NCBI GenBank assembly: GCA_030704615.1 | Contig: CM060732.1 | Coordinates: 59,272,001 to 59,336,000 of the forward strand | Direction: 5' to 3' | Source of the DNA: Takakia lepidozioides | Taxonomy: Eukaryota > Plantae > Bryophyta | Length of the DNA: 64,000 bases | In this document: in pieces, positions 38,501 through 49,352 of the stretch | How the letters are laid out: every line of letters starts with the position of its first letter | Numbering within the stretch: position 1 is the first letter of the stretch | Program-made: the position numbers and the translations under genes | Notes under the pieces: model-generated | What the model saw: only the letters and a program-made list of their open reading frames with translations | Told to the model about the DNA's origin: nothing | Database searches by the model: none

Positions 38501-39440
38501 AACTTTTGGCTATGATTCACGCACTGAAGATATGGAGGCACTACTTGCTTCATGTGGACTTTACAATTGAAACGGATCATGAGAGTTTAAAATATCTCAG
38601 ACACAACCCAATTTGAGTCGTCGCCAGATTCGATGGGTTGAATTCCTTCAGCAGTTTCATTATGATTTGCGGTATGTGAAGGGAAAAGAGAATGTACTGG
38701 CAGATGCACTCTCTAGAAGGCCGATGGTCAATGCTGTGTCGCTTGTGGAAAGCTCTATGATTGATGATGTGAAGAATCATTATGCTAATGATGTATTTTT
38801 CAAAGCACCATATGAAAGTCTCTTGCATGACCGTCTTTACAGGATTTGCGAATGTGTATCATTTATGATTGTCATAATATTCCCATAGCTGGACATCCGG
38901 GCTTTCAGAGAACCTATGTGGCCGTTAAAAACAATATTTCTGGCCAGGAATGAAGAGACAGATCAAAGAGTATGTGGATATATGCTTTCCATGTCAAGTC
39001 TCAAAATCAGAAAGGATACGTCTTCCTGGATTATTACAACCACTAAGTGTTCCCAGTGGAAACTGGGAATCGATAAGTATGGATTTTATAGTGGCACTGC
39101 CACGGACCAGAAATGGACATAATAGCATCATGGTGGTTGCTGATAGACTATCTAAGACAACACACTTGATTCCCACAAAAATGACAATCACTGCCCATGA
39201 GGTGGCTTCACTCTTCATGAAAGAAATCTTTCGGATCCACGGGATACCTCGTGAGATCATTTGTGATAGGGACACGAAGTTCACAAGTCATTTCTGGATC
39301 GCTTTGTTTAAGCTTTTGGGAACCAAGTTGAGACTTAGTACTGCATATCATCCCGAAACAGATGCCCAAACAGAACGGACCAACCGAATCATTGAGGATA
39401 TGCTGAGAATGTATGTTGGTCAGAGACAGACTTCTTGGGA
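35576..39440 (+). mobile_element. Chromovirus-type Ty3/Gypsy retrotransposon relic (family C), 3'-truncated within integrase
   Basis: tRNA-iMet PBS TGGTATCAGAGCC at 35576; gag with CFNCHKPGHRSADC (~36663); IDTSSTHN protease; [19 protein letters not shown]; TDASD; SMDFIVALP, DRDTKFTS. Confidence 0.92.
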
Positions 39441-42400
39441 ATCTGGACCCACACTGCTCCCTGCTCCTTCAGCTATCCATGCCTCTGCACAAATCATGCA
39501 TACATCCTTGCCATGATGCTAGCAGCTGACAATAACACCCTAGAATTGTTCCAGCAAACACCCCAACCCTACTTATCACACTAGTTCCTATGTTGACTTG
39601 CGTCTGCTTCCAACAGACATTCACCTTTTTGCCTGGATTGTTCCACCATTGACTGGGGTCGGAACCGTATTCATTCCAGAGCTTCTCCACATCTCTATTA
39701 TCTGTTTTTCGATACTTTCATGTCGACCACATTGGCAGTAACATGTCAAAATCACTCCAACACCACCATAGATCCACCAACGAGCTAACTTGTAGAATTC
39801 AACGTGAAAATTTAGGGACGACTGTGATAGCAGGGGAAAACAGGGTGAAATATGTTGAAGAAGGTACCTTCATTAGCAGTGGGCCTTGTTCTATCAATTG
39901 TGTTGCTGCCATTGCTGTTTCCAGTTGACCATCTACCCACTTGTAGCCGTTGTGCTATTGAAGAAGGTGCCCCCCCTTCCCCCATTATTTGATCATAGGA
40001 CTCCAAAGCCTCCATACCATGTCCCTGCTGTGCATACCCTGCAAGCATCGCATTCCATGACACCACATTTGGTTCAGCCATAGTGTTGAAAAATCCTTAA
40101 TGCACCCACATTTGGCATAGACGTCCACCAGGGGAGTGTTCAGGATGACATCTGGTACAATTCCAGCTTTGACGATGTCACCATGGACCTCTTTCCCCTT
40201 TTCCAGAGGTCCCAGGCTTGCACGCGCATTGCAAACATGCGCAAGCGTGATGTGGTTGGGCTTCACCCCTTTGCGCAACATTTGCTCATAGGTCGCCAAA
40301 GCATTCCTACCACACCCATGCTTGGTAAATCCTGCCAACGTTATATTCCACATGATCAAAGATCGCTGAGGCATTCTATAGAAATGTTGGCGAGCATCCA
40401 TGATGCTCCCACACTTAACATACATGTTGACAAGGGTGTTGATTAGAAAAAACATTTGGCATGAATCCACTTTGGATAATGTGAGTGTGCACCTGATTCC
40501 AACTTCCAAACCTAGAGCCTTTGTCAGTCTGCCTGCCTCACAAAGCATCTTCACATGCCCCGCATAAAAGGCATTGTGGACTCCCTCTCTTGATCCTCTT
40601 TCAGAAGTTGCGGTCATGGTTGAGGACGTGCCTGATTTTATCAACTGTGTCGCTGCAGCTGTTGCCTTTAGTTGACCATCTACCCATTTAGGTTTCTTGT
40701 AGCTATTGATCCACATGGAATCACAGGTAATCTGGAGCTTGAAGTCCGGCCCTCTTGGATGAATCTGGACCCACACTCTATCCCTTCTCCTTCAGCTATC
40801 CATGCCTCTGCACAAATCATGCATTCATCTTTGCCCTTGCTGCTAGCAGCTGACAATGACAACCTAGGAAACACCCAATCACACTAGTTCCTATGCTGAA
40901 TTGCGTCTGCTACTCTCTGTCATCTAATAGGCATTCAACTTTTTGCCTCGGTTGTTCCACCATTCACTGGGGTCAACAAAGTATTCATTCCACACCTTCT
41001 CCTCATCTCTGTTATTTGTTTTGGATCCTTTCCTGCTGCCACATCGGCAGTTACTTGTCATAGTCATTCCAAACCACCATAGATCTACCCAACGAGCTAA
41101 CTTACAGAATTCAATATGCATCTCAAGGCCGAGTCTGATGAGTCTGATGAGAGGGCAAAATAGGCTGAAATAGGTCGAAGAAGAAGGTGCCCTCACCACA
41201 TTGTCCTTGACAATTCAATATGTAAATTCAGGGCCGAGTCTGATGAGAGGGAAAAACAGGCTGTAATAGGTCGAAGAAGAAGGTGCCCTCACCACATTCT
41301 CCAAGGCCTCCATACCACGCCCCTGTTGTGCACACCCTGCAAGCATTGTGTTCCACGTGATGAAAGATCGTTGAGGCATTCTGTTGACCACTTGGTGAGC
41401 ATCCATGATGCCCCGCACAAGGGTGTTGAGTAGAAAAATATTTGGCATGCACTTTGGTAATGTGAGTGTGCACATGCTTTCTAGCTTCAAGGCCTTTCAT
41501 CTTGATGCACTTATGCAAGAGACAGACATACGTATCCGAATCTGCTGAAATGCCTCCTTGGTTTAAATAAGGTCAGTAGAGCCTCTTTCAGCTCACAAAG
41601 CATATTCACATGCCCATAAGTGCCAGAAGAGGCATTGTGGACTCCCTCTCTTGATCCTCTTCCAGAAGTTGTGGTCATGGTTGAGGTGCCTGACTTTATC
41701 AACTGTGCCGCTGCAGCTGCTGCCTTTGGCGATGCAACCATGCACCTCTTTGCATTTGGTAATCTGACAGGCATTCACCTTGGTACAAGTCCAGCTCTGA
41801 AGATGTCGCCATGTGGACCTCTTTCCCCTTTTCCAAAGCTGCCAGGGCAGTGTCAGATTGACATTTGGTACAATTCTAGCTTTGATGATATCCCCATGCA
41901 CCTCTTTGCCCTTCTCCATGCCGGCTGCCAGACTTGCACAAGCATTGCGAATGCACACAAACATGATGTGCTTCCCCCATCATTTGCTCATAGGTCTCCA
42001 AAGCCTCCATTCCACATCCCTACTGTGCATACCCTGCAAGCACATCATATTGCACTCCACGACACCACATGTCCTTCAGCCATAGTGTCGAACACTCCCT
42101 TTGCATCCTAGATGCACCCACATTTTGCAAACATGTCCACCAGGGTATTGTTCAGAGTGTCATCTGGTACAATTCCAGCTCTAAAGGTGTCACCAAGCAC
42201 CTCTTTCCCCATTTCCAAAGCTGACAGGGCAGTGTTCAGATTGACATTTGGCACAATTCCAGCTTTGATGATATCCCCATGCACCTCTTGCCCTTCTCCA
42301 GGGCTGCCAGGCTTGCACACACATTGCAAATGCACACAAACATGATGTGCTTCCCCCATCATTTGCTCATAGCTCTCCAAAGCCTCCATCCCACGTCCCT

Positions 42401-44500
42401 GCCGTGCATACCCTGCAAGCATCGCACTCCACAACACCACATCTTGTTCAGCCATAGTTTCGAACACTCCCTTTGCATCCTAGATGCACCCACATTTTGT
42501 AAACATGTTCACCAGGGTATTGTTCAGAATGACATCTGGTACAATTCCAGCTCTGCAAATGTCGCCATGGACCTCTTTCCCCTTTTCCAAAGCTGCCAGG
42601 GCAGTGTTCAGATTGACATTTGGCACAATTCCAGCATTGATGTCCCCATGCACCTATTGCCCTTCTCCAGGGCTGCCAGGCTTGCACAAGCATTGCAAAT
42701 GCACACAAACATGATGTGCTTCCCCCATCCTTCGCTCATAGCTCTCCAAAGCCTCCATCCCACATCCCTGCCGTGCATACCCTGCAAGCATCGCACTCCA
42801 CAACACCACATCTCGTTCAGCCATAGTGTCAAACACTCCCTTTGCATCCTAGATGCACCCACATTTTGCATACATGTCCACCAGGGTATGGTTCAAAATG
42901 ACATTTGGTACAATTCCAGCTCTGAAGATGTCGCCATGGACCTCTTTCCCCTTTTCCAAAGATGCCAGGGCAGTGTTCATAATGACATTTGGTAAAATTC
43001 CAGCTTTGATGATACCCCATGCACCTCTTTGCCCTTGTCTAGGGCTCAATGCACCCACATTTTGCATACATGTCCACCAGGATATGGTTCAGCATGACAT
43101 TTGGTACAATTCCAGCTCTGAAGATGTCGCCATGGACCTCTTTCCCCTTTTCAAGAGCTGCCAGGGCAGTGTTCATAATGACATTTGGTACAATTCCAGC
43201 TTTGATGATATCCCCATGCACCTCTTTGCCCTTGTCCAAGCTCGATGCACCCACATTTCGCATACATGTCCACCAGGGTATGTTTCAGAATACAATTCCA
43301 GCTTTGATGATATCCCCATGCATCTCTTTGCCCTTGTCTAGGGCTGCCAGGCTTGCACAAGCATTGCAAATGCACACAAAGTGGCTAGGCTTCACCCCCT
43401 CCCCCATCATTTGATCATAGGTCTCCAAAGCCTCCATCCCACGTCCCTGTTGTGCATACCCTGCAAGCATCGCACCCACAACACCACATCTCGTTCAGCC
43501 ATAGAGTTGACAACTCCCTTTGCATCCTCAATGCATCCACATTTGGCATACATGTCCAGGTCAGGGCAGTGTTCAGAATGACATCTGGTGCAATTCCAGC
43601 TTTGACCGATGTCACCATGGACCTCGTTCCCCTTTTCCAGGCTTGCACACGCATTGCAAACACATACAAATGCGATGTGGTTGGGCTCCACCCCTTCGCG
43701 CATCATTTGCTCACAGGTCTCCAAAGCATTCGTACCACGCCCATGCTTGGTAATCCTGCCAACATTATATTACACGTGATCAAAGATCGTTGAGGCATTC
43801 TGTGTTGAACACTTGGTGATCATCCATGATGCTCCCCTTAACATACATGTTGACAAGGTTGTTGAGTAGAAAAACGTTCGGCGTGAATCCACTTTGGACA
43901 ATGTGAGTGTGCACCTGCTTTCCAACTTCTAGGCCTTTCATCTTGATGCACTTAGGCAAGACACACATACGTATCTACATCTGCTGAAATGCCTCTTTGG
44001 TTTAAAATCTGTAGAGCCTCTTTCAGTCTGTCTACCTCATAAAGCATCTTCACATGCCCATAAGTGCCAGAAGAGGCATTGTGGACTCCCTCTCTTGATC
44101 CTCTTCCAGAAGCTGTGGTCATGGTTGAAGTGCCTGATTTTATCAACTGTGCCGCTACAGCTGCCGCTTCCAGCTAACCATCTACCCATGGAGGTTTCTT
44201 TGTAGTTATCCTTCCACAGGGATCCATATGTAATCTGGAGCTTGAAATCCGACCCTCTTAGATGAATATGGACCCACACTCTATCCTGCTCCTTCAGCTA
44301 TCACTGCCTCTGCACAAATCATGCATACATCCTTGCCTTGCTGCCAACGCGATCATCGTACTCCACGACACCACATCTCGTTGAGCCACAGTCGAACACT
44401 ACATTTGCATCTTCAATGCTCCCGCATTCGGCATACATGTCCACCACGGCGGTGTTCGGAATGGCAAACCCTACAATTCCAGCTTTCACGATGTCACAAT
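39441..44500 (-). pseudogene. Tandem cluster of degenerate PLS-class PPR gene units with an N-terminal OSB-type PDF motif
   Basis: Repeated NTLVDMYAKCGCI, DVVLWSAMLAGYARQGRGMEAL, ACASLAALEKGKEVHGDIIKAG; PDF motif pieces at 39625-39700, 40670-40764, 40939-41010 and 44175-44266. Confidence 0.85.
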
Positions 44501-44873
44501 GGACCTTCCATGTCACTTCCAGGTGGAGGCAGTACATATTAAAATATGCAAGCCCCCAAAGGCCAGATTTTGTTTGCCTGTTCTTGTGAAACACAAGTCA
44601 GCAAATGTGGCCCCGAATCACGGGTGCAATCAATGCGCAGTGGTTCATGGAGTAGTTGAGTTGACTACATATTCACTTTAATGAATAAATATCTTTATTC
44701 CATTAATCGAATTATGAATGAAAATTTCTAGTCGCATGTGCAGTAATTAGAACCACTTGTAATTTCCGCTTTTTCAAATTTTATGTTTTTACGCAATTAA
44801 TTAAATAGCCCGGATTTTTGCTACGACTCCGGAGTCGTTGACCCCACTTCTGCCCGCCGTCTGAAATGCCCCC

Positions 44874-46639
44874 GTGGGCCCACATTGTCCGTTTCGACAC
44901 TCCAGTAGTCCTGCTTACTGCCAAGTGGTTCCTGGAGTGGTTGGCGTACACCCAGTCGATTCGGAAAAGACACAAATGCTTCTAGTGATTGATGATCCCA
45001 GCCTCAATTGGGCAACCCTTCCTGAAAGGCCTCTGGACTGCTTTGCTAAGCTCTCTTCCAGGACTTACCAGCCTGGGGAATCCTTATGGCAATTCTACAT
45101 GGACATCAAGTTTGCTACTGTTGAGAACATCATTGACCCAGAAGAGAGAGATCGCATGGTCAAAATGTATTTTCTCCTTGGATTGCCCCCTATTATTCAA
45201 AATTGGGCTCAGCGTCGTCATTTTGTCAATGACAAAACTATGTTAGCAGAAATTAACCTTAAGATGGCTGACTTGGCTCACAGCAAATCAACGCAACATC
45301 ATGCCAAGTTTCAAGCTCCAATGGGCTCTGAGCTTGGCATGGCTGCAACATCTGTACCTTATGTTTCTCCTGCTATGCATTGCAAAACAGATGACTTCAC
45401 CTTTCAAGGGTTGGCCAACACAGTAGGCAGTCTTAGTGAGTCTATAGCCACTCAGTTTGCTGCCATGCAGGCTCATCAACAACGTTGGCACCCTTGTCAT
45501 GCGCAAGGACAAGCAAGTGGCAATAGTAGGGGTCGCACCCAAACTGGTCAAGCATATGAAGGCAATTGTGCTGCATGTTATATCTGTGGGTCCTTGGAGC
45601 ATTAGACTAAGCATTGTCCAGACAGGGCAGGGTTACTAGAGCTGATCAAGAACAGGAAGGCTGCTAGTGGGTTTTCCCCTTCTTTAAACTAGAGAGGAAT
45701 GGGGCAAGAGGTCCATCATCTATCAACCCTACCTCTCTTGTACCAATTCAAGCTGTTTTATTTACTAACTTTAAAGCCTTGCATTGTCCTCTCAGTAGAT
45801 AGGCTGCTGACCAGCAGATCAGTCCCCTTATGGTTCAGTGCTATATCCATGAACTAAGCTTTCCCTACGTGATTGATACAAGATACACTATATCTGTCAT
45901 ACCTTTCAATGTAGTGAGAATTCTTGGTCTTAAACTAAGCCCTGCCTCAGGAATTGAGGTTCTGATTGTTGATGGGTCGAGATATGAGCCTTTGGGATTA
46001 GTTACTGTGCCCATCAGGATTCACAAGAAAGAGGTGGTGGTGACCTGCATAGTTACAATTGGGGAACAATTCCTGCTAGGCCTTGAAGGAATGACTGGAG
46101 TTGGTGCCACCATCAGCCTGGCAGACTATTCCCTTCGATTTGGCAATGGTGAAGGACATGAGATCGTGGTCCCCTTGAAAGCAGTAAAGATCAAGGCTAG
46201 GTCTGCTATGGCCAATCTATCCAGAGTCGACCATGGTCAAAGAGGTACAACAAAACTCTCACTCCAACCTCAATTGGAATGATTTTTACAAGTTTCAGCC
46301 TGATCTTCAACTCTTGTATCAATGGCATGTTCCTAGTGCTGATGGTAAAACAGGGATTCCCATAGTTGTTCCAAAGAATTCTACCCTGATTCGTGCACCT
46401 CTCAACATCACCATCCATGCCATGACCCAAAAAGTGGTCAAATCTGGCCTGGCCTTCCTCTGTCTAGCTGCTCACTTCCTGAAAGTTGAAGGATGGAGGA
46501 GACTAACTGCCTTTAAGCATTGCCTGGTGGCCACAGGTTCATAGATAGGGGATATAGGCAAGAATTGAAGATTTTAATTGCTAATCTAGAGCGCTTCCCT
46601 GTGACTATTAAGAAAGGGCAGGTCCTAGCTCGCATCACT
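44874..46639 (+). mobile_element. Retroelement relic: gag-like (CCHC), protease, dUTPase-like
   Basis: CYICGSLEH*TKHC; VIDTRYTISVIP...FLLGLE; FIDRGYRQELKILIANLERFPVTIKKGQVLARI matches dUTPase motifs 3-4. Confidence 0.7.
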
Positions 46640-47220
46640 CACTACTGCAAAAAGGGGGGGGGGTTTCCAACACCCACAGCCCGGCGCGCGCGGCACCGTG
46701 CGACCCCACTTATTAGCGATGCCAAGAGGATCGCTATTCAGGGGTCAGTATTATACCGATCCCTGAGGGCTCACTATACTGAAATCCCAGCAAAATGAGG
46801 ATCCCAAAATGACTAAGTCATTGGGACCGACCTCCCTTGGCGTCGCTAATACCGCAGGGTTGATTTCCCGTCGGCTTCTTTCTGCGACGCCCCTGCCGTC
46901 GGTCCCCATCCGATCCCTCTGGGGTCAGATTAGGGTTTTTTGCCCCCAAACGACCTCCGGGCCAACAAAATATATTTTTAACACTGTCTACCGTCGTCCT
47001 GGGCGTCACTTTAACGGGGAAATTTGATTATTAAAGTTCTGATTTTGATTTTTAATTATTTAATTTCAATTTAAAGTCTGATTTCTGAGCAGGAAACCCG
47101 TAACCGACCGCTGAATGGACGGACCATTTCCGTAGTACATGGGCCATTTCAACACTCCTATGTCGAATATTTATTTTATTTTGAGAATTTCATTTCGATA
47201 TATGGAATATTCTCAAAGAT
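46640..47220 (+). mobile_element. Probable CACTA left terminus and subterminal region
   Basis: CACTACTGCAAAAA begins exactly where the dUTPase-like reading ends, followed by GC-rich short repeats; TNP2 resumes after the retro insertion at 54745. Confidence 0.55.
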
Positions 47221-47932
47221 TGTCGAGCGGCTTTTACTCACCCATCCCTTCGTTATCCAAGGTAGAAACTCCAAGATAGAAGAGTTGGATATTTCTAAGC
47301 ATTCAGCCCGCTCAGAACAATCAGTCATGACCTACAGCTAGTGTATCATGGAAGTGCTTCCTGTTGGTATTTCTTCTTGCCCTCATGTCAGCAAGTTACC
47401 TTACTGTTAATATTTAAGTATCAGATTGCTTCAGCAATCCACCAAATTCCAATCACTCTTCCCTTCATTCCATAGCTTCCCTCAGGTCTCTCTACATAGT
47501 GTGCGTATGGAATATGTATCAGATTAAGTTATATCAAGTATCAGGTCGAAGCCATGGTGTCACTAATCTGCTCTACAGTATAACTCTACAGCTTGCATGA
47601 ATCAAGCATCAACAGTTCGTGACTCCTCCTTCACTACGCTCTCCATTCCTCAGCTCCAGATCGTCCTCCCCTTCCCGATGGCCAAGTCGTGCTGCAAGAA
47701 GTCCCCTCTCCCCATTGCTACCCTGCTTTTTCTACCCGCATGCTATTCTAACTGCCTAACCAACTAACTGTCATCCAGATAGAATACACGTTCCCGCTGC
47801 CGATGTCATTCCCACACAGTCATTCCCTGCTATGGTAACCGTTCCCTGCAAATGCTGTGACGGGCTATGCCCAACTGTGTCGGCTGTGACTGGCAATGTT
47901 GAGCTGTGTCGAGCTGTGTCGAGCTGTGACTG

Positions 47933-48400
47933 GAGAGATGACTCCGTCCGAAGCCGGCGTAACTAAGAGCCACTTCACCTCGCGGCTACTGCCCCCTTTC
48001 GAGGGTGGGCCCTATGAAACTAGAGGGTGCCCGGGGGGCACCCAACAACCAAAGGAGAAAGGGTGTCCGAGGGTACCTAAGAGATAGCAGATAGACTGGA
48101 TTCAAGCTGCCTTTTGTTAGTGTTAATAGCAGTGAGAGAGCGTATTGCCGTCAGATGGATTGCTTTAAAGCATTTGTGTATGGGGGAGAAAGGGATTTTG
48201 AGGTTTTCGTGAAGAGCAGAGATGCTGGCATTGTGGATGCCGCCTCTGGTGCCGGCGGTAATGACAGTTAGGGGGCCCGTGGACCAGCCACGCCGGCGTA
48301 TTGCGAGGATGAGCGGGGCGTATTTTTGACGTTTTTCTAGAGTGGAAGAGCTGGGGTAGCGGTCATTACAGTATGTGTAAGCCTGTGGGGCTTGCAAGTA
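47933..48400 (-). mobile_element. 3' end of a non-LTR retrotransposon with a restriction-like endonuclease (RLE)
   Basis: TYCNDR...EKRQKYAPL...RGW...VITAGTRGG fits the C-terminal RLE KxxKY and vG.rG motifs; ~145-bp GC-rich 3' UTR. Confidence 0.75.
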
Positions 48401-49059
48401 TCGAGTGAGAGAAAATGCACTCTCAATTCGTCCGTCCTTGCGCCACTACGTGAGAAGTAAAGCGAGCGTATAATCCGTTACATCTGCCATAGCTACAAAG
48501 CTAGTGCTTTGATTGCCCCTCCCGTCGAGACACTGGCTATTCGGAGCCACCCCGACTCTCCGCTCATAACACTTCCAATTTCTTGTTCTTGTTTCTTGGA
48601 GGGAACCACCTGCATGAAATTCTCACTCCTGATTGGCTGTTGCCTGCTTAGGTAACTTCTTAATTCCACCCCCCTCCGTGGACATTCCCACCTGGAGTGT
48701 CCAGTAGGACAACACATGTGGCATAAGTCCCTCTTTTCTGTACTCGGAAAGGGTTATGTTACCCCTGCCCTGAATGCATTAATGGGCCCACAATTAGTTT
48801 TAGTTGATGTACCGGGTAGGTACTTTGACGGCCCGATTTGTCCTCTTGCATGATGAGACCCACTCTTGCAATCTATGCACTGCGGTGTGCTTCGCCTTAG
48901 TGGCCACGTGTCCGTTTTTAGACATGCCCCCGACTCCCCCTCTCCGCGTGGCATATTCTCCGAGTTTGACTTCCAAACTTCTTCTTCACTTGACGGCCAT
49001 TTTTTTGACGTTAACCCGCGTCCACCTGTCACTGACCCAATGGACTGTGTAACCCGCAT

Positions 49060-49352
49060 GGGCTGTGTTGGGCTGTGACAGGCTGTGTCTAACTGTGGTG
49101 AACTGTGATAGGCTGTGTGGCACTGTGATGGGCTGTGATAAGCCGTGTCACGCTGTGATGGGTTGTGATAAGCTGTGTCACGCTGTGATGGGCTGTGATA
49201 GGCTGTGTCACGTTGTGATGGGCTGTGATAAGCTGTGTCACGCTGTGATGGGCTCTGATAGGCTATGTCACGCTGTGATGGGCTGCGATAAGCCATGTCA
49301 CGTTGTTATGGGCTGTGATAGGCTGTGTGACACTGTGATGGGTTGTGATAGC
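49060..49352. repeat. ~9-10 copies of a 30-bp unit (GGCTGTGTCACGCTGTGATGGGCTGTGATA)
   Basis: Directly visible; gives the spurious AYHSPSQRDT repeat ORF. Confidence 0.95.

Noticed and set aside
44823-44838. Perfect 16-bp palindrome ACGACTCCGGAGTCGT as a transposon end
   Set aside because: Single copy with no convincing TIR or TSD nearby
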